Source: Paraspadella gotoi (lineage: Eukaryota > Animalia > Chaetognatha). From it: a DNA stretch of 64,000 nucleotides. The DNA is taken from NCBI GenBank assembly GCA_051294375.1, contig CM119271.1, positions 9,563,308 through 9,627,307 on the forward strand, read 5' to 3'. The translations under genes were made by a program, and so were the position numbers. The notes beneath the pieces were generated by a model. The model was not told the origin of the DNA and did no database searches. It saw only the letters and a list, made by a program, of their open reading frames with translations. Position 1 is the first letter of the stretch, and every line of letters starts with the position of its first letter. Shown in pieces: positions 38,501 to 50,794 of this stretch.

Positions 38501-41500
38501 TTTATTTACCATAATTTACCCTTAACTCAAACTTACCCTTACCCCTAACTTTATTCTTACCCTAACTGAACCTAACTTAACCCTACCCTAACTTACCTTT
38601 AACTTATTTTTAACCTTAATTTATTTTTTTAGATTAACTTAGACTTATTCCTAATTTATTTTTAACGCATAATTTATTCTAACCTTAATTTTACCCAATA
38701 TGATATTGGTTATACAATTTTTATATAAAAAAAAAAATATTAAAAAAAAATTATGATATCTAAATCCTTTTTTTCTTAAAAAGTTATCCTCTTCGTCCAT
38801 TTCGTTCCTCTTTTTTTTCCGGCATTATCTTTAAGAAACCTTGTTCTTCGTTTTCCCATAGGCCTCCAGAGGGTATTGATCTCCAGGAATGCGTTAAATT
38901 TTTATTTATAATTAATATTTCTTTATTTCTTGAATATTTCTTGATTTTTCTTAACACATTCTTTAAACCGATTTAAATCTAATATCTGAAATTGTTAAAT
39001 TAAACTTTACTTCAACATATTTATAATGTTCCACCATTGAATAGTGTAATTGATTATTTAATTTCCTAAATTTAGAATTTGGCTCTGACGGTGTCTCTCA
39101 CTTTCCGGCGCCGGGAGATCACTCCGTCGTAAACCTTTTTTTCCGGCGCCGCCTCCGTCCCAATCTTGGTTTCATTATTTCGCGCCGTCGCCTCTTCCTT
39201 GGACGCCTATGCTCGTTCTCCCGCTTATAAAGAAGAATTCTACTCTGGGCGTTCCGTCACGCCCTCCCGCGAGGAGACTTTATGGAGACGCTCGACGATC
39301 GGGCTCGCTCCATTGCCGCCGCTTGCCACCGCTTTCCCCAAGACCGACTATCACTGCGAACTATGCCAAAGGCTTCGCCGCCGCCACCAAGCCACTCTTA
39401 CCCAATCTCCCCCGGCCGGCGTCTCGCCCCCGATCCGTGGAGAGACGAACTTGGCGAACATGAGGTCTAGGCGGCTTTTTTTTTTTTTTTAGTAGTTTTT
39501 TTTAAAATTAAATGTGAAATTTTTTATTTACCGCCATCCAGCAATTGTATTGTAATAAATAAATAAATAAATAACAAATAATTGATAAAAAAGATATTTT
39601 CTAAATAAAGTTAGTTTATTTGGACAGCCTACCTTAATTAAGATGATACAAAGTTATATTCAAATTTATTATTGCCAATGAGATTTTTACTGGACGATCG
39701 TTTTTAAACTGGTAGAAGTTTAGTCTTTTATAGTCCAAACCCCACATGTATTATTCAAAATGGCCCGGTTTAACCAGTTGTAGCTTATCGCTTCATCTTG
39801 GTCTAATGATCAGGAACTACAAAATAAAGAATGATTTAATAACTATTTATAAGTTTTCATTTGCCATATTGGTTAAACTGTCCAAGAGATGATTTATTAT
39901 ATTTGAGAATTAGGGAAATATACGATTTCAGAATCAAATAGGTGTGAAATGAAAAGCTTAAAATACTGTGGTTAATAATTTGTTATAGCAACTTCAGATT
40001 TGCCTCTGGTAGAAAATTGCTGACGTTTTTTATTTTCAACTCCCAGTACTCCAGCTTGCTTACTTTCTAAATTATGTGCTCGTCAATGGCATGGTTATAA
40101 GATATAAAAAAAAAAAAATTGGTTCATCGCGCGCGTGCGAAACTTTTCCAAATTGTCTTACATGTGAATACACGCAACGACCGGTTACTCCTCTGCGGGC
40201 GACGATACTTCCAGTTCGCGACGGACGCTCGGATCGAGATGCAATTACGGGTTTGATCCGTGAATCTAGCAGTCAATCGACGGTTAATCTTGTATTGTTT
40301 TATCATTGGTAATTGTCTGTATATTTACATTTGATGGTATTAATGTTTTAAAAATTGAAGAGATCGTAATTATTGTTGTGACAGAAACACTTTAAGCAGT
40401 CCTGAGCTTGATCAATGTCTTTGCTGCTAGGCGAACACCTGACCATTGGGTTGAGAGGCGAATGACTCGCCTCAGCATCAATGACCGCTGATGAACGGTG
40501 GTGGATTAGTCCACCATAAAAATTTTTCAATCGTCCCTTTCCGCCGTTTCGCGTTCGGGGAATACTGCGATTTTCCCGCTGTTCGGGACAAGTTCACTTT
40601 TTTCCACACATAACAAATTAAATACCCAAAAATACCCAAATCTTACTGCTTATTTAAAATATTTTTTAACAAAATATATCATGTACACCTTGCCAGAATC
40701 ATTATTATACTACAATAGGGAACTTCCAAAAAATATTTTAACTTTTATGTATTAGAATAAGATTTTTCAGAAAAACCGAGTAATTTAATTATCTTTGATG
40801 GTTAATTATAACATTTAATTAAAATTACATATTTTCAGAAACATTGTCAAACCAAGTCTCAGAGCTATCGGCGCAGGTAATCCGCGGAGAAAGGAGAAGG
40901 GAACGCGGCGACTCTTTGGCGCTTTTGCTTCGTCAGAAAACCCTATCCAGGCACCTCCTCTTTGCGCAGAAGCTCCCGGTCCTCAGAGCGCGCCGGATCA
41001 CCGCGGTGGGGTGGCGGCCTGAGCTAGAGGCAGTCACGATAGGCGTGGCTTAGCGCCGGAGTTCTGAGCTCCCGGATGCTGTCATGATTAGGGTATACAA
41101 CCTGGGATCAGCGTCGGGCGACGCCGGCGCCCGGAGACTTGGTCGGCGCCAACAACCGGAGCGAGGGTCGGGGCAGAAGTGTCTGGGTCAACGTTCGTCT
41201 GGAAATGAATTCCCATGCTTGAATTTGTTTTGAGAGAAAAAAATTTCTTTTAATAAGACAAGTAATGATCAAAATAGTAAGAAGGAAGGACTAAAGAACT
41301 AAACGTGGTGATGAAAGCAGCAAATGATCAGAGGGTGCACGGGAGTGGTCATCATCCAATTGTAAACCAATTTGGGGTTTACCGCGGTCGGAGAAGTAAA
41401 ATAACCCCCAATTGTATTATATTATCATTAAATCACTTATTTAAGTTTTATCAGTGATCATATCACCTTATTCTCTTATGAATTCGTTTCCTATATCAAC

Positions 41501-41817
41501 CTTTTCTTCCTTAGTCAGCTCCGTAATTTACCGTTAATTTCTATTTAGCCCGGAATGAGGATTTCGGCTTTACCGTCGATTTCCGCGGACTAAAGATTAG
41601 AACTACGTAGTTCAAATCTTTATGTTAACCACTTTTCGCTCGTTGAGCGGCGAAAGTTGATCCTCGGAAGGCGCCTATTTTTTCGTCGTTTTTTGCCATA
41701 ACTTTGAACGCGTGACGGATTTTAATGAAATTTTATTCAGTAAACTAGACGATCCACGTCGATCGATACCACATTTATAGAAATCGAGCCACCAGGAAAA
41801 AAGACCGATGAATTCTC
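35504..41817. mobile_element. 6.3-kb insertion splitting the LTR; Mutator-like by TSD length and termini; no transposase recognised
   Basis: Termini GAGAA...TTCTC; 10-bp TSD acagaaaata (35494-35503) / aaagaaaatc (41818-41827); the uninterrupted LTR reads acagaaaata-gtaaatgg. Confidence 0.6.
36628..38893. mobile_element. AT-rich foldback element with long degenerate inverted arms containing TTAGGG-like / CCCTAA-like arrays
   Basis: gcattcctggagat..aaaacgaagagcaaggtt versus aaccttgttcttcgtttt..atctccaggaatgc; G-strand array ~36780-36935 mirrored by C-strand array ~38515-38695. Confidence 0.7.
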
Positions 41818-43076
41818 AAAGAAAATCGTAAATGGAGAGATATTTTTAGAGAGAGTGGTTATATCCGGGATGTACGTGAGCGACTGAGAATTTCGAAGAC
41901 GAGAGAGAAGAGAAGCGAGAAGACGAAGGGAGGACGGAGACGAGACAGAGGCCTATTCCTTATAACTCGACCCCTCAAAGAAGAAGAAGATGTCCTCATC
42001 TTCCTTAGTCTCCCCTTATCCCCACTTTTATGACCTTTAGTCTACCTTTGTCGCTTTCTCTGTTCGACCCGAGCCTGGCCGTCACACCTAGCGGTAATAA
42101 ATCCTCGCCTCGCTTCTTTCGAATCCCAGATTTCCTTGCCCTAGAATGTGTAATCGTTTACCCGGTCCCTAAACCTCTCGATATTCTCTCACTTTCTTGC
42201 GGCAACTCCCAACCTCCGAGCAAGTATTTTTCATCCTCTGAATTTTTTGAAATATTTTATTCTACCCCTCTCTCGACAACTCGTTTGTATTTACCCATCT
42301 TCACTGGGTAATCATGGATTTAATCAAGTCCATCGTACACATAAAGAACGAGTACCAATAATCAAGGAAACGTGCGGAATTAAGCATAATATAAAAATCG
42401 TAAAATAATTATTCACCGAGAAATATACTTTTCTCGAACGTAAACAAAATGACATTGTTTCCACTGGAGCTCACTCGAACTCTAATTTAGGGAACCGTAT
42501 TTAAAATTGATCATGGAGAAGTTTAAAAAAGAAAGTAACAATATGGTCATGATCGATAATTAATTCTACTGGCTCCTGAAGGAATATATAAAAAAAAAAT
42601 AATAATTCCTTGACTATGATCGAGTTGTCGGAATACAAACGAAAAGGGGAAAACCACGAATGAACTGTTAACAAATGATTTCGTAACAATAATTTCGAAA
42701 ATGAACATTTATTCATTTCACTGCCAGAAACAAATTCGTCGATAGCCTTAATTTTCTCATATCATTATTTGGTTGACGAGAATTTGTTTCCGTTACATAA
42801 CATATACAAGGCCATCAGTACTAAATGTATTTTTATTCAAAATAAAATCATAATAATAATTCCATCGTGTAATCACGAAAAACGCTTTTCTATCTGACTC
42901 GATAGAACAGAAAAACTAAATGAATTCTCCTGGACTTATTTCAACAACATGAAATAACACGTACAAGACTTAAACGTAATAATCAATATTAGGCAATATT
43001 ATGGAGCATATTAATTTGCAAGATTTTGACTGGATCATGGTATTAATTTTAGTTATATTTTACTTATTCATTTTAG

Positions 43077-43857
43077 CTCACCCAAACTTGTCTTTCACGC
43101 CTGCCGGCGTTGTCGGGGCTACCACGCCCCAGCTGCACGTCTTGTGTGCAGCTATCTGGCTGGTTGTCTCGGCACGGTGCTCCGGGAGGTGCACTTTAAC
43201 TCGAATGGGGATGGAGGCATCATCAACGTGGCGCAGCTGGTGCCCAGCTGCGTCTTACCTCCTCCCAGCCCGCGGCCTGCACTCCCGGAGGATTCCACTG
43301 TGGCGGAGGCGGCGTCGGTCATGGGGCACTTCTCCCCACCATCCCCGCGTTCGCCATGTTCCTCTCCGCCCTTGGCGAAGTCGCCAAGTGTTTTACCAAT
43401 GTCCGAAGGATTCCTCGGACGGCGGCCATCCTCTCCCGTCGCGGCGGCCAGAGGATCCTTACCAAGAGCGGCGTCCGCTCCTCCTTTCGACGCATCGTCT
43501 CGGATTACGATGTCGTTGCCGGCGAAATCCTCCGCCGGCCCAGACTCAGAGAATGACCCGGAACCCGACTCTCCAATCTTGGAGAGATCTCGTTCCGGGT
43601 CGCCGTCAGCGCCGGGATCTCCCGGGTCAGAGAGATCCCGTTCCGGCTCTCCATCCCCGGCGTCGTCATCTCCTCGGGATTCTCCGTCATCTCCGCAATC
43701 AGAGCAATCTGGTTCGGAGGAGCCGTCCTCTGCCGGCGCCAGCTCGGCGCCATCTTCTCCGGCGGCGCACGAGGATGACGCTAATGATGATGATGACGAC
43801 GACGGTGGCATGAACGTCGAAGACATCGACTTCGAGGAGGGGGACTCCATGGATTAG
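43077..43857 (+). CDS. Ser/Pro-rich ORF with Cys/His N-terminus and acidic C-terminus, antisense within the LTR element; second copy at ~45289-45885
   Basis: CRRCRGYHAP..CxYLAGCLGTVLREVHFNS in both copies, each after a tttag acceptor; 42777-43623 is duplicated at 44982-45885. Confidence 0.45.
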
Positions 43858-45885
43858 GCATAAGGTAAGGGGCAGTTTCAATTTGTTTTTTCAACTTGCC
43901 CGAGGAGAGTCATCATCGTCTCCGCGGTCGCTGGGCAGCAATTGGAGTCGGAGGCGGTGGCGGGGGGCGCGAAATCCGTCGACGACGGAGTTTCCCGCCC
44001 TGGTGGTTTCGGTTCCGGTTCCATGTCGTCATGACGTCGGCGTGGCCACAGAAAAACGATAACGGCGATGACGAAGGCGATTTGGCGCCACAAGGTTGAG
44101 GGCGCTGAAAACTTGTAGAAGTCGGTCGTTCAGGGCTTCCAAACACCCAATTAGTTCGCTCGTCGTCGCGTTGAAAACGCCGTCTTTTCTTTCACCAATA
44201 CTTCGGAGAGAGATGTTCAACGAGCCCTAGAGTCAGCTTGCAGCAACTGTCTTGCAGCAACAGTTATCCCACCGCCTGCCACCATTTGTAGCATCATTGC
44301 AGCAAAAGGGACAACTGTCGCCTAAAGTTGCTTTACGGGTTCTTTGGTTCTGCTGACTCCACTGGCTCGCTAATCAATTCTTTTCATCTCACTTCTCCTT
44401 CTTTCTTTCGTTTATATTGTGAATAAATAATAAGAGAGGTTTTGGTTCAACAAAAATAGGATGGCAGAAATAGTTTATTTCCTTACAAGTGTTAAAGAAC
44501 ACTTCACAAAATTATATGAAGGCAAAAATAGTGGAGACTAAAAATAATTATTATAAGGTTCTCTCTGATGCTTCAGAGTTATTGCTTTTATATCTTTGCT
44601 CATGTGAGGGGGTCGAGAATTTGCCCAAGTCTCCCGATTGGCGGACGGTCGCGTCAGGAGACGCGGCCGTCCCCAATCAGCTCCTTACATGTTGTCCGAC
44701 GCGCGGCAACGCCTCTCTCAAAGTCCACATTTTTGTATGTCATCGACAACGACAACAAGAATCCTGCAGCCTTTCTTAATTTCAATTTTATGGTCTTAAA
44801 CGTCAAGATGCTAAGAGAGAGAGAGAGAGAGACAGAAAATAGTAAATGGAGAGATTTTTTTTAGAGAGAGTGGTTATATCCGGGATGTACGTGAGCGACT
44901 GAGAATTTCGAAGACGAGAGAGAGAAAGACGAGAAGACGAAGGGGAGGACGGAGACGAGACAGAGGCCTATTCCTTATAGTCGAGAATTTGTTTCCGGTT
45001 AACAGTAACCGTAGTACAAGGCCATCAGTACTAAATGTATTTTAATTCAAAATAAGATCGTAATAATAATTCCATCGTGTAATCACGAAAAACGCTGTTC
45101 TATCTGACTCGACAGAACAAAGAATTAAATTAATTCTCCTGGACTTATTTCAACAACATGAAATAACACGTACAAGACTCAAACGTAATAATTAATATTA
45201 TTTGGCAATATTATGGAGCATATTAATTTGCAAGATTTTGACTGGATCATGGTATTAATTTTAGTTATGTTTTAATTATTCATTTTAGCTCACCCAAACT
45301 CGTGTTTAACGCCTGCCGGCGTTGTCGGGGCTACCACGCCCCAGAGGCATGCATCGTGTGCAACTATTTGGCGGGCTGCCTTGGCACAGTGCTCCGGGAG
45401 GTGCACTTTAATTCAACCGGGCGCAGAGGCATCATCGACGTGGGGTGGCTGGTTCCCAGCTGCTCCTTGCCTCCCCCCAGTCCTCGACCTGCACTCCCGG
45501 ACGATTCCGCGGTGGCGGAGGCGGCGTCCATGATGGGGCACTTTTCCCCACCCTCGCCGCATTCGCCGTGCTCATCTCCGCCGCGGGCGGAGTCACCATC
45601 TTCACCTATTTCCCAAACGTCCGAAGGATTCCCTGGACGACGACCATCTTCTCCCGTCCGCGTGGCGTCCAATTTGTCGCCATCTTCCGCGGCGGCCAGG
45701 GACTCCTCGCCTGGATCGGCGTCCTCTCCCCCTTTCGGCGTCTCGTCTCGGATTACGAGAGCGTCGCCGGCGAAATCTTCCGCCGGCGAAATCTTCCGCC
45801 GGCGAAGAATCAGAAAATGACTCGGAACCTGACTCCGGTTTTGGAGAGATCTCGTTCCGGGTCGCCGTCAGCGCCGGGATCTCCC

Positions 45886-47960
45886 ATGCTGATGTACGCC
45901 GCCCATCTTCAAACACTCGCCATCCGCGCCTATGGACGTGAGTACGACAATTCTCAAATTGAAACTAAGGTGCGGGAAGTTTTTATGAGGAACCTAAGAG
46001 GACCTCTGGGACACAAAGTTCGGGAGATGCTCCCCGAGACGTTGGACCGCGCCATTTCTTTTGCACGTTCCTACGAGACGCAAGGATATTCTGAGGAATC
46101 AAAAGCCGTCGTTACACGCCCTTGGCTCCTCCGGAAGTAGCGCCTCCAGCAGCGCCGCCTCCAAAAGTGCCGCAGGAGCGTGTTGGCACTGCGGCGTTAC
46201 GGGTCATCGAAGAGACGATTGTTGGAAGATTCATCCGGAGAAACGTCCCAAGAACTCCGGATCTCGCTTCAAGAACAAGTCGACGCAACCAAGTAAGGAC
46301 CGGAAGAAACCTGGGAAGGTGGGAGAAAGGAACCGCGCTCTCCCCCCGCCCCGTCTCAATCTTCACCCTCATCCCCGCTCATCCTAAACGAAGGCAGGGC
46401 CGAGCTCGACCTCTTTGACGACTTCGAAGGAACGGATCCGCTTCAGGGAAATCGCGACGACATCTCCAAGGGAACCGGAAGTCCAGCGCGCGCCGAGTCA
46501 CGCGTCTCGCCGTGGCGCCACCGGCTTCGCAGGAGATCTACCGAGCACCTGATGACAACGATTCCATTCCTGAGCAGACTGACGAGACTCAAGCTTCGAC
46601 GAGGGAAGCGCCGCTCATTTCCGTCGACGACGCCGATCATCGAGGGAGCGCCGCTTCAATACCTGAGACGACGATTTACTGGTTAGATTTAAATATTCCT
46701 GGACCATTTATTCCTGTACAATTTGGCAATGAAATTTTAGAGACCATGATTGATACTGGCAGCGGATTGCTAAATTTACTCTCTAATGATATATTACGTA
46801 ACTAATTGCATATTCAATATCCGTTGTGAAGCGAGCCAGGGCTGTTAGACTCTGTCAATATTCGTTGTAAAATAAATAACACCCCTAGGAGCATTGTATT
46901 TCCTATAGTACAAGAGAAAGGCATTTGTATTTTGGGTTTAAAATTAATGCAAGATTTTGACATGGTATTAGACACAAAAAATCAAACTGTACAATGTAAC
47001 AGGGGGTTGGCCACCTTTCCGACGTATTCAGAAACCGACTCCATCAGGGCCTTCAGCTTCGCGGTCTCTAGCTGCGACCTTTATGATCCAGAATCCCGAG
47101 GCAAGATACGAGGACATCAGAGACCATCTTAGTCGGAAAGTCGAGACGTCCATGGACACAGCTGCTCGTCATGATCTGAACTCCGCTGTCAAAAAACCAG
47201 GAGAATCCCTGCTCAATTTTGCCGACAGTTCGCGCCTACGGTCTCACAGCAACTGGAGAACAAATCGAGGAATGGATGAGAGACGTCTTTGTCAACAATC
47301 TCCGCGGAGAAATGGGGAAAAAGGTATGTGATCCTCCACCCGAAACATCGATCGCGCCGTTTTGCTTGCTCGCTCGTTTGAAACAAGGGGCTACTCGGAA
47401 GAACCGCGCGCCATTGTATACGCCACCAGCGCCAATCAGAACGGCGCCGCCCCTTCATCGTTTGGTTGTTGGCACTGTGGCGCCACCAATCATCGCCGTG
47501 CCGATTGTTGACAACACCTGGAAAAACGTACGCGCCAATAACAAGGGAAAGGAAAAACCGCGCCGGGCAAAGGTGAAGGAGGAAAGGGAGGAAAAGGGGA
47601 AGGAGACAGACATAATGGAAGTGCTCCCCCTCCGCCTCCTAAACCACCTTCGCCTCCAGCTCCATCATCGTAGATGAAAGCACTGGCGCCAGGAACGAGA
47701 TGAATCTCCAGATGGTCATCCAGATGGATTAGTTAATCTTGCCAATCTCTGGATGAGAGAAAAAACAAAAGGTTTCAGCTCTGTTAAGGCGTATCGCGAA
47801 ATCTCTCGAGGTACTTGGGACATTGGTAAGACCTCGTTGGTTGAACATAAGATCACACTTAAGGAAGAGGTTACTGCTGTGGTAGAACCACCAATTCAAT
47901 TTCCCCTTGCCAAGCAAAAAGCGGCTGAAGAGCATGTAAAAAACTTAATGGAAGCTGGAA
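45886..47960 (+). pseudogene. Degraded Ty3/gypsy gag, aspartic protease and RT N-terminal fragments (two gag copies)
   Basis: RAYG..VFMRNLRG gag; CWHCGVTGHRRDDC and CWHCGATNHRRADC zinc knuckles; MIDTGS and ILGLKLMQ protease motifs; DIGKTSLVEHKITL..AAEEHVKNLMEAGI pre-RT region; many stops and frameshifts. Confidence 0.85.
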
Positions 47961-48991
47961 TCAGATCCACCGGCCAAGACGGAATCATGGAAGGAAACAA
48001 CGGCGGGGGAGATTTGGAAAAGGTGAATCTTTTGTTTACTTGACAGCCTTAGTTGACACAACTGACAACACTTTTTCCTGTTAGCTTCTCGACTCTCTCT
48101 TTGAAAAACAATGACAACGGAGACAACGGAAATGTCGGGAACCCCAACACAATCCTTAATGACCATGTGTATGGGTCGCCTTTGGGACCAAGGCCTCTCA
48201 TTGACCTTACCCAAAACGACGTGGTCATTATAATTGATGACGTCGTCGCCACTGTGGACATTAGAGGGGAGAATGACAATTACCCTCAATTCCCCAGTCT
48301 GACAATGAACACAGATGTCATGTCGACCAGCCGCCCAATCATCAGCGATGCTGTTGCTGTTGTCGTAAACGTGGGGGTGCCCGATCACGAGGAAGACCAA
48401 GAGGAAGCGGGAGGAGGGGCGGGAGGCAACGCCAAGAGCCCCGACCTATTGCGCCCAAGGGCGCAGCCACTGAGGGCAGCCCCACCTACCTCTTACTCAA
48501 ATCGGGTAAATAAACAAACAAATGGACGTAGGCAAAGAAACAAATTTATTAATTGAAAAGATTAAACTTTTCTTTCTAGGGAATTTCGATCTTCATTGTC
48601 GGGACCACGATGGAAGCCATACTGGCATTGGCGACGGTGGCGTTTTGCCGATGTCAAACTCGACGGCTTCCGATCGGGGACCTTGATTCAGGTCATGACG
48701 ACGACGACGATGATGAGGACCTCACCCGACCAAAGCAGAAAGCGGCGGCATGGAAAACAGAGACAAAAACAAAATGGAAAGCGACTACAAAAGGACAGGG
48801 GGCGACGATTATGACAATGGCGATGACGATTGTGTTCCCAAGCCTTTACCTCCAGGATCTGATACTTATCCGTAGTTTGTTATATATTATTGATTGTTTT
48901 ATTTTAGTTATTGTTACCTTTCAAACTTTGGAATTAAAATTATATTTTATCGGACAAAATACTTTTTTCCGGAGAAGAGAGAGTCTCAGCA

Positions 48992-49612
48992 GTGCAGGCG
49001 CTGCGACGCAGCTGCCTTTTTAACAAATCTTGGGTGCTTGGGGAGGAACGCGTGGCCAGGCCGCCTAGCCCTGTCACAGACTCTGACTCGGATTTGAGCG
49101 ACGACGAAAAGCTGCCCTTGGAGAAGGTGATGGGCGATGACGCCAAATCGATGGCCGACGAGTCGAAGGAGGTCGTGCCTCTTCTGAAAAAAGTGTGGTT
49201 TGGCCTGATTAGAAGGATAAACCTGCTGCCGTCCATACCAGCGCAAAGGGTCGTCGATGGCCTTCTCGTTAAGACGACGGCGACTACGATTTACTTAAAA
49301 GAAAGAGAATGGCCGTTCATGCTGGAGGGCGAGCTCCCACGATTTTTAAGCATGAAGCGGGACAGGAGCGCTGACTGCGAAATTTTTTTTGAAGACCACT
49401 TATTTCCAGTCATCAAAGTTCCACCAATGGATTCGTTATTAGATTTCATGGACCATCATCCGCGAAGGGTCTACCAAGTGCAAACCCGACCATTTTTCTG
49501 TCGGAGGAACGAGGTTGTTTTGCAGCGACGTCGGGCAATGCCTTGGCATTGGGATGACTCATCGATTGATCGCTACAAAAATACGCACCGATGGCTTCAC
49601 GCGACGAGATAA
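48992..49612 (+). CDS. Unknown ORF (up to 206 aa; first ATG ~49130) in retroelement 3' region
   Basis: Long open frame with non-repetitive, globular-looking sequence; no family recognised. Confidence 0.4.
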   Translation: MQALRRSCLFNKSWVLGEERVARPPSPVTDSDSDLSDDEKLPLEKVMGDDAKSMADESKEVVPLLKKVWFGLIRRINLLPSIPAQRVVDGLLVKTTATTIYLKEREWPFMLEGELPRFLSMKRDRSADCEIFFEDHLFPVIKVPPMDSLLDFMDHHPRRVYQVQTRPFFCRRNEVVLQRRRAMPWHWDDSSIDRYKNTHRWLHATR

Positions 49613-49851
49613 GGACAAATTTGGAGGCGTGGCGCACGCCGGATTTAGTAAGGGAAAACGACGTCGTCCAGGCGAGGGTGCGCAAAGCGATAGGAACGCC
49701 GCTGGCGGGCAGATGGTGCCGGAAGTGCAGAGTTTCAGAGCACCATGCGGTGCACTCGAAGGATGGGCTTAAGTACAATTTCCAATGTACTAAGCGTGGC
49801 CGACCGATCGTGGACGAAGAGACGACAAGACGTGAGTTGATCAAAAACTAA
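49591..49851 (+). CDS. 86-aa ORF with possible Zn-binding motif (CRKC..HH..H..C), overlapping the previous ORF
   Basis: ATG at 49591, 22-nt overlap with the upstream ORF. Confidence 0.35.
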   Translation: MASRDEIRTNLEAWRTPDLVRENDVVQARVRKAIGTPLAGRWCRKCRVSEHHAVHSKDGLKYNFQCTKRGRPIVDEETTRRELIKN

Positions 49852-49921
49852 TTAGACAGACTATGCATAGTTCAGCTCTCTATCCGTCATCTATTGAGGG
49901 TCACAGGTCACGTTACCAACA

Positions 49922-49975
49922 TGGTGTCAACGGTGGGATTCGAACCCATGCCTCCGAAGAGACTGGTGTCGTAAT
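49922..49975 (-). pseudogene. 3' half of a tRNA-Leu including CCA
   Basis: Minus strand TTACGAC-ACCAG-TCTCTTCGGAGGC-ATGGG-TTCGAAT-CCCAC-CGTTGAC-A-CCA; Leu-type long variable arm; 5' half absent. Confidence 0.75.
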
Positions 49976-50794
49976 TAAAATTTCAAGAATAAAAGTAAAT
50001 TCATTAAATGAATAGACAAGTAAATAGAGTAAACAAATAGATGAGGCTTGTATATTAGGTCTTTATATTTAATTAAGATTTTAAATCAATATTAAATATA
50101 TTTTAGATTGAGACAATGACATTTTATGTCTTACTGACATTTCAATGTCTTGGTGATCATTTTATTTCGTTCTTTTAGCCATGGACCTACTCAAGGATAT
50201 CCATGAGGTTCCAAGTGAATCCCATCACATACAAATCTTAAGGCAATTGTTGGTTTGTTTAACCAACTTTCTTCACACTAAGGAAGTCTCTTGGCTCCGC
50301 AAGGTGATATTAATTCATCATGTGGAGCTAGGTTGCGTACGCAAAAAGACTTCCTGTGGAAACAGCGTCGGTCAAAATGGAGAAACTCCATACTGACCGA
50401 TGTAATGCTCTTCCAGAGCTGGTATGGAATACAGGAAAAAGAAATTCAGTAAGTCTTTTGTTTAATTTTTAACCAGAACAAAGTGAACAACAAAATTTTC
50501 TTTCCAGCAACAAATTTGCACGTGTCATCCGAAAAAGGACTGTTCAAGAGCAAATTTTAACAATTTCCTCTTATTAAAGGACCTAAGGAAGTTGGAATTC
50601 GAAATGGATTTAATAAAATCAGGGGAGAGATATTATTTGGGGATTCTGAACAACATGTTGGTTGTGGGGCCCTGTTGATTACAATTTATCTTCCTTACCA
50701 AGAAAGTACCAGAGGAAGAAAACTTTTATATCAAGAAGGGCTCCATTATACTCTTGGTTACATTTTTGAAAGGTTGAGGTTTTCAACCTCAAAT

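Larger units (their letters stand above)
34951..44979 (-). mobile_element. Non-autonomous/deleted LTR retrotransposon: 5' LTR 44979-44287, tRNA-Leu PBS 44284-44266, internal 44265-41965, 3' LTR split into 41964-41818 and 35503-34951
   Basis: 34951-35503 matches 44287-44841 and 41821-41964 matches ~44835-44979. PBS TGGTGGCAG(G)CGGTGGGAT is complementary to a tRNA-Leu 3' end plus CCA. Purine-rich GAGGGGTCGAGT precedes the 3' LTR. Confidence 0.8.

Noticed and set aside
43152-43850. 232-aa minus-strand ORF
   Set aside because: Likely a shadow of the GC-rich + strand ORF; truncated in the second copy.
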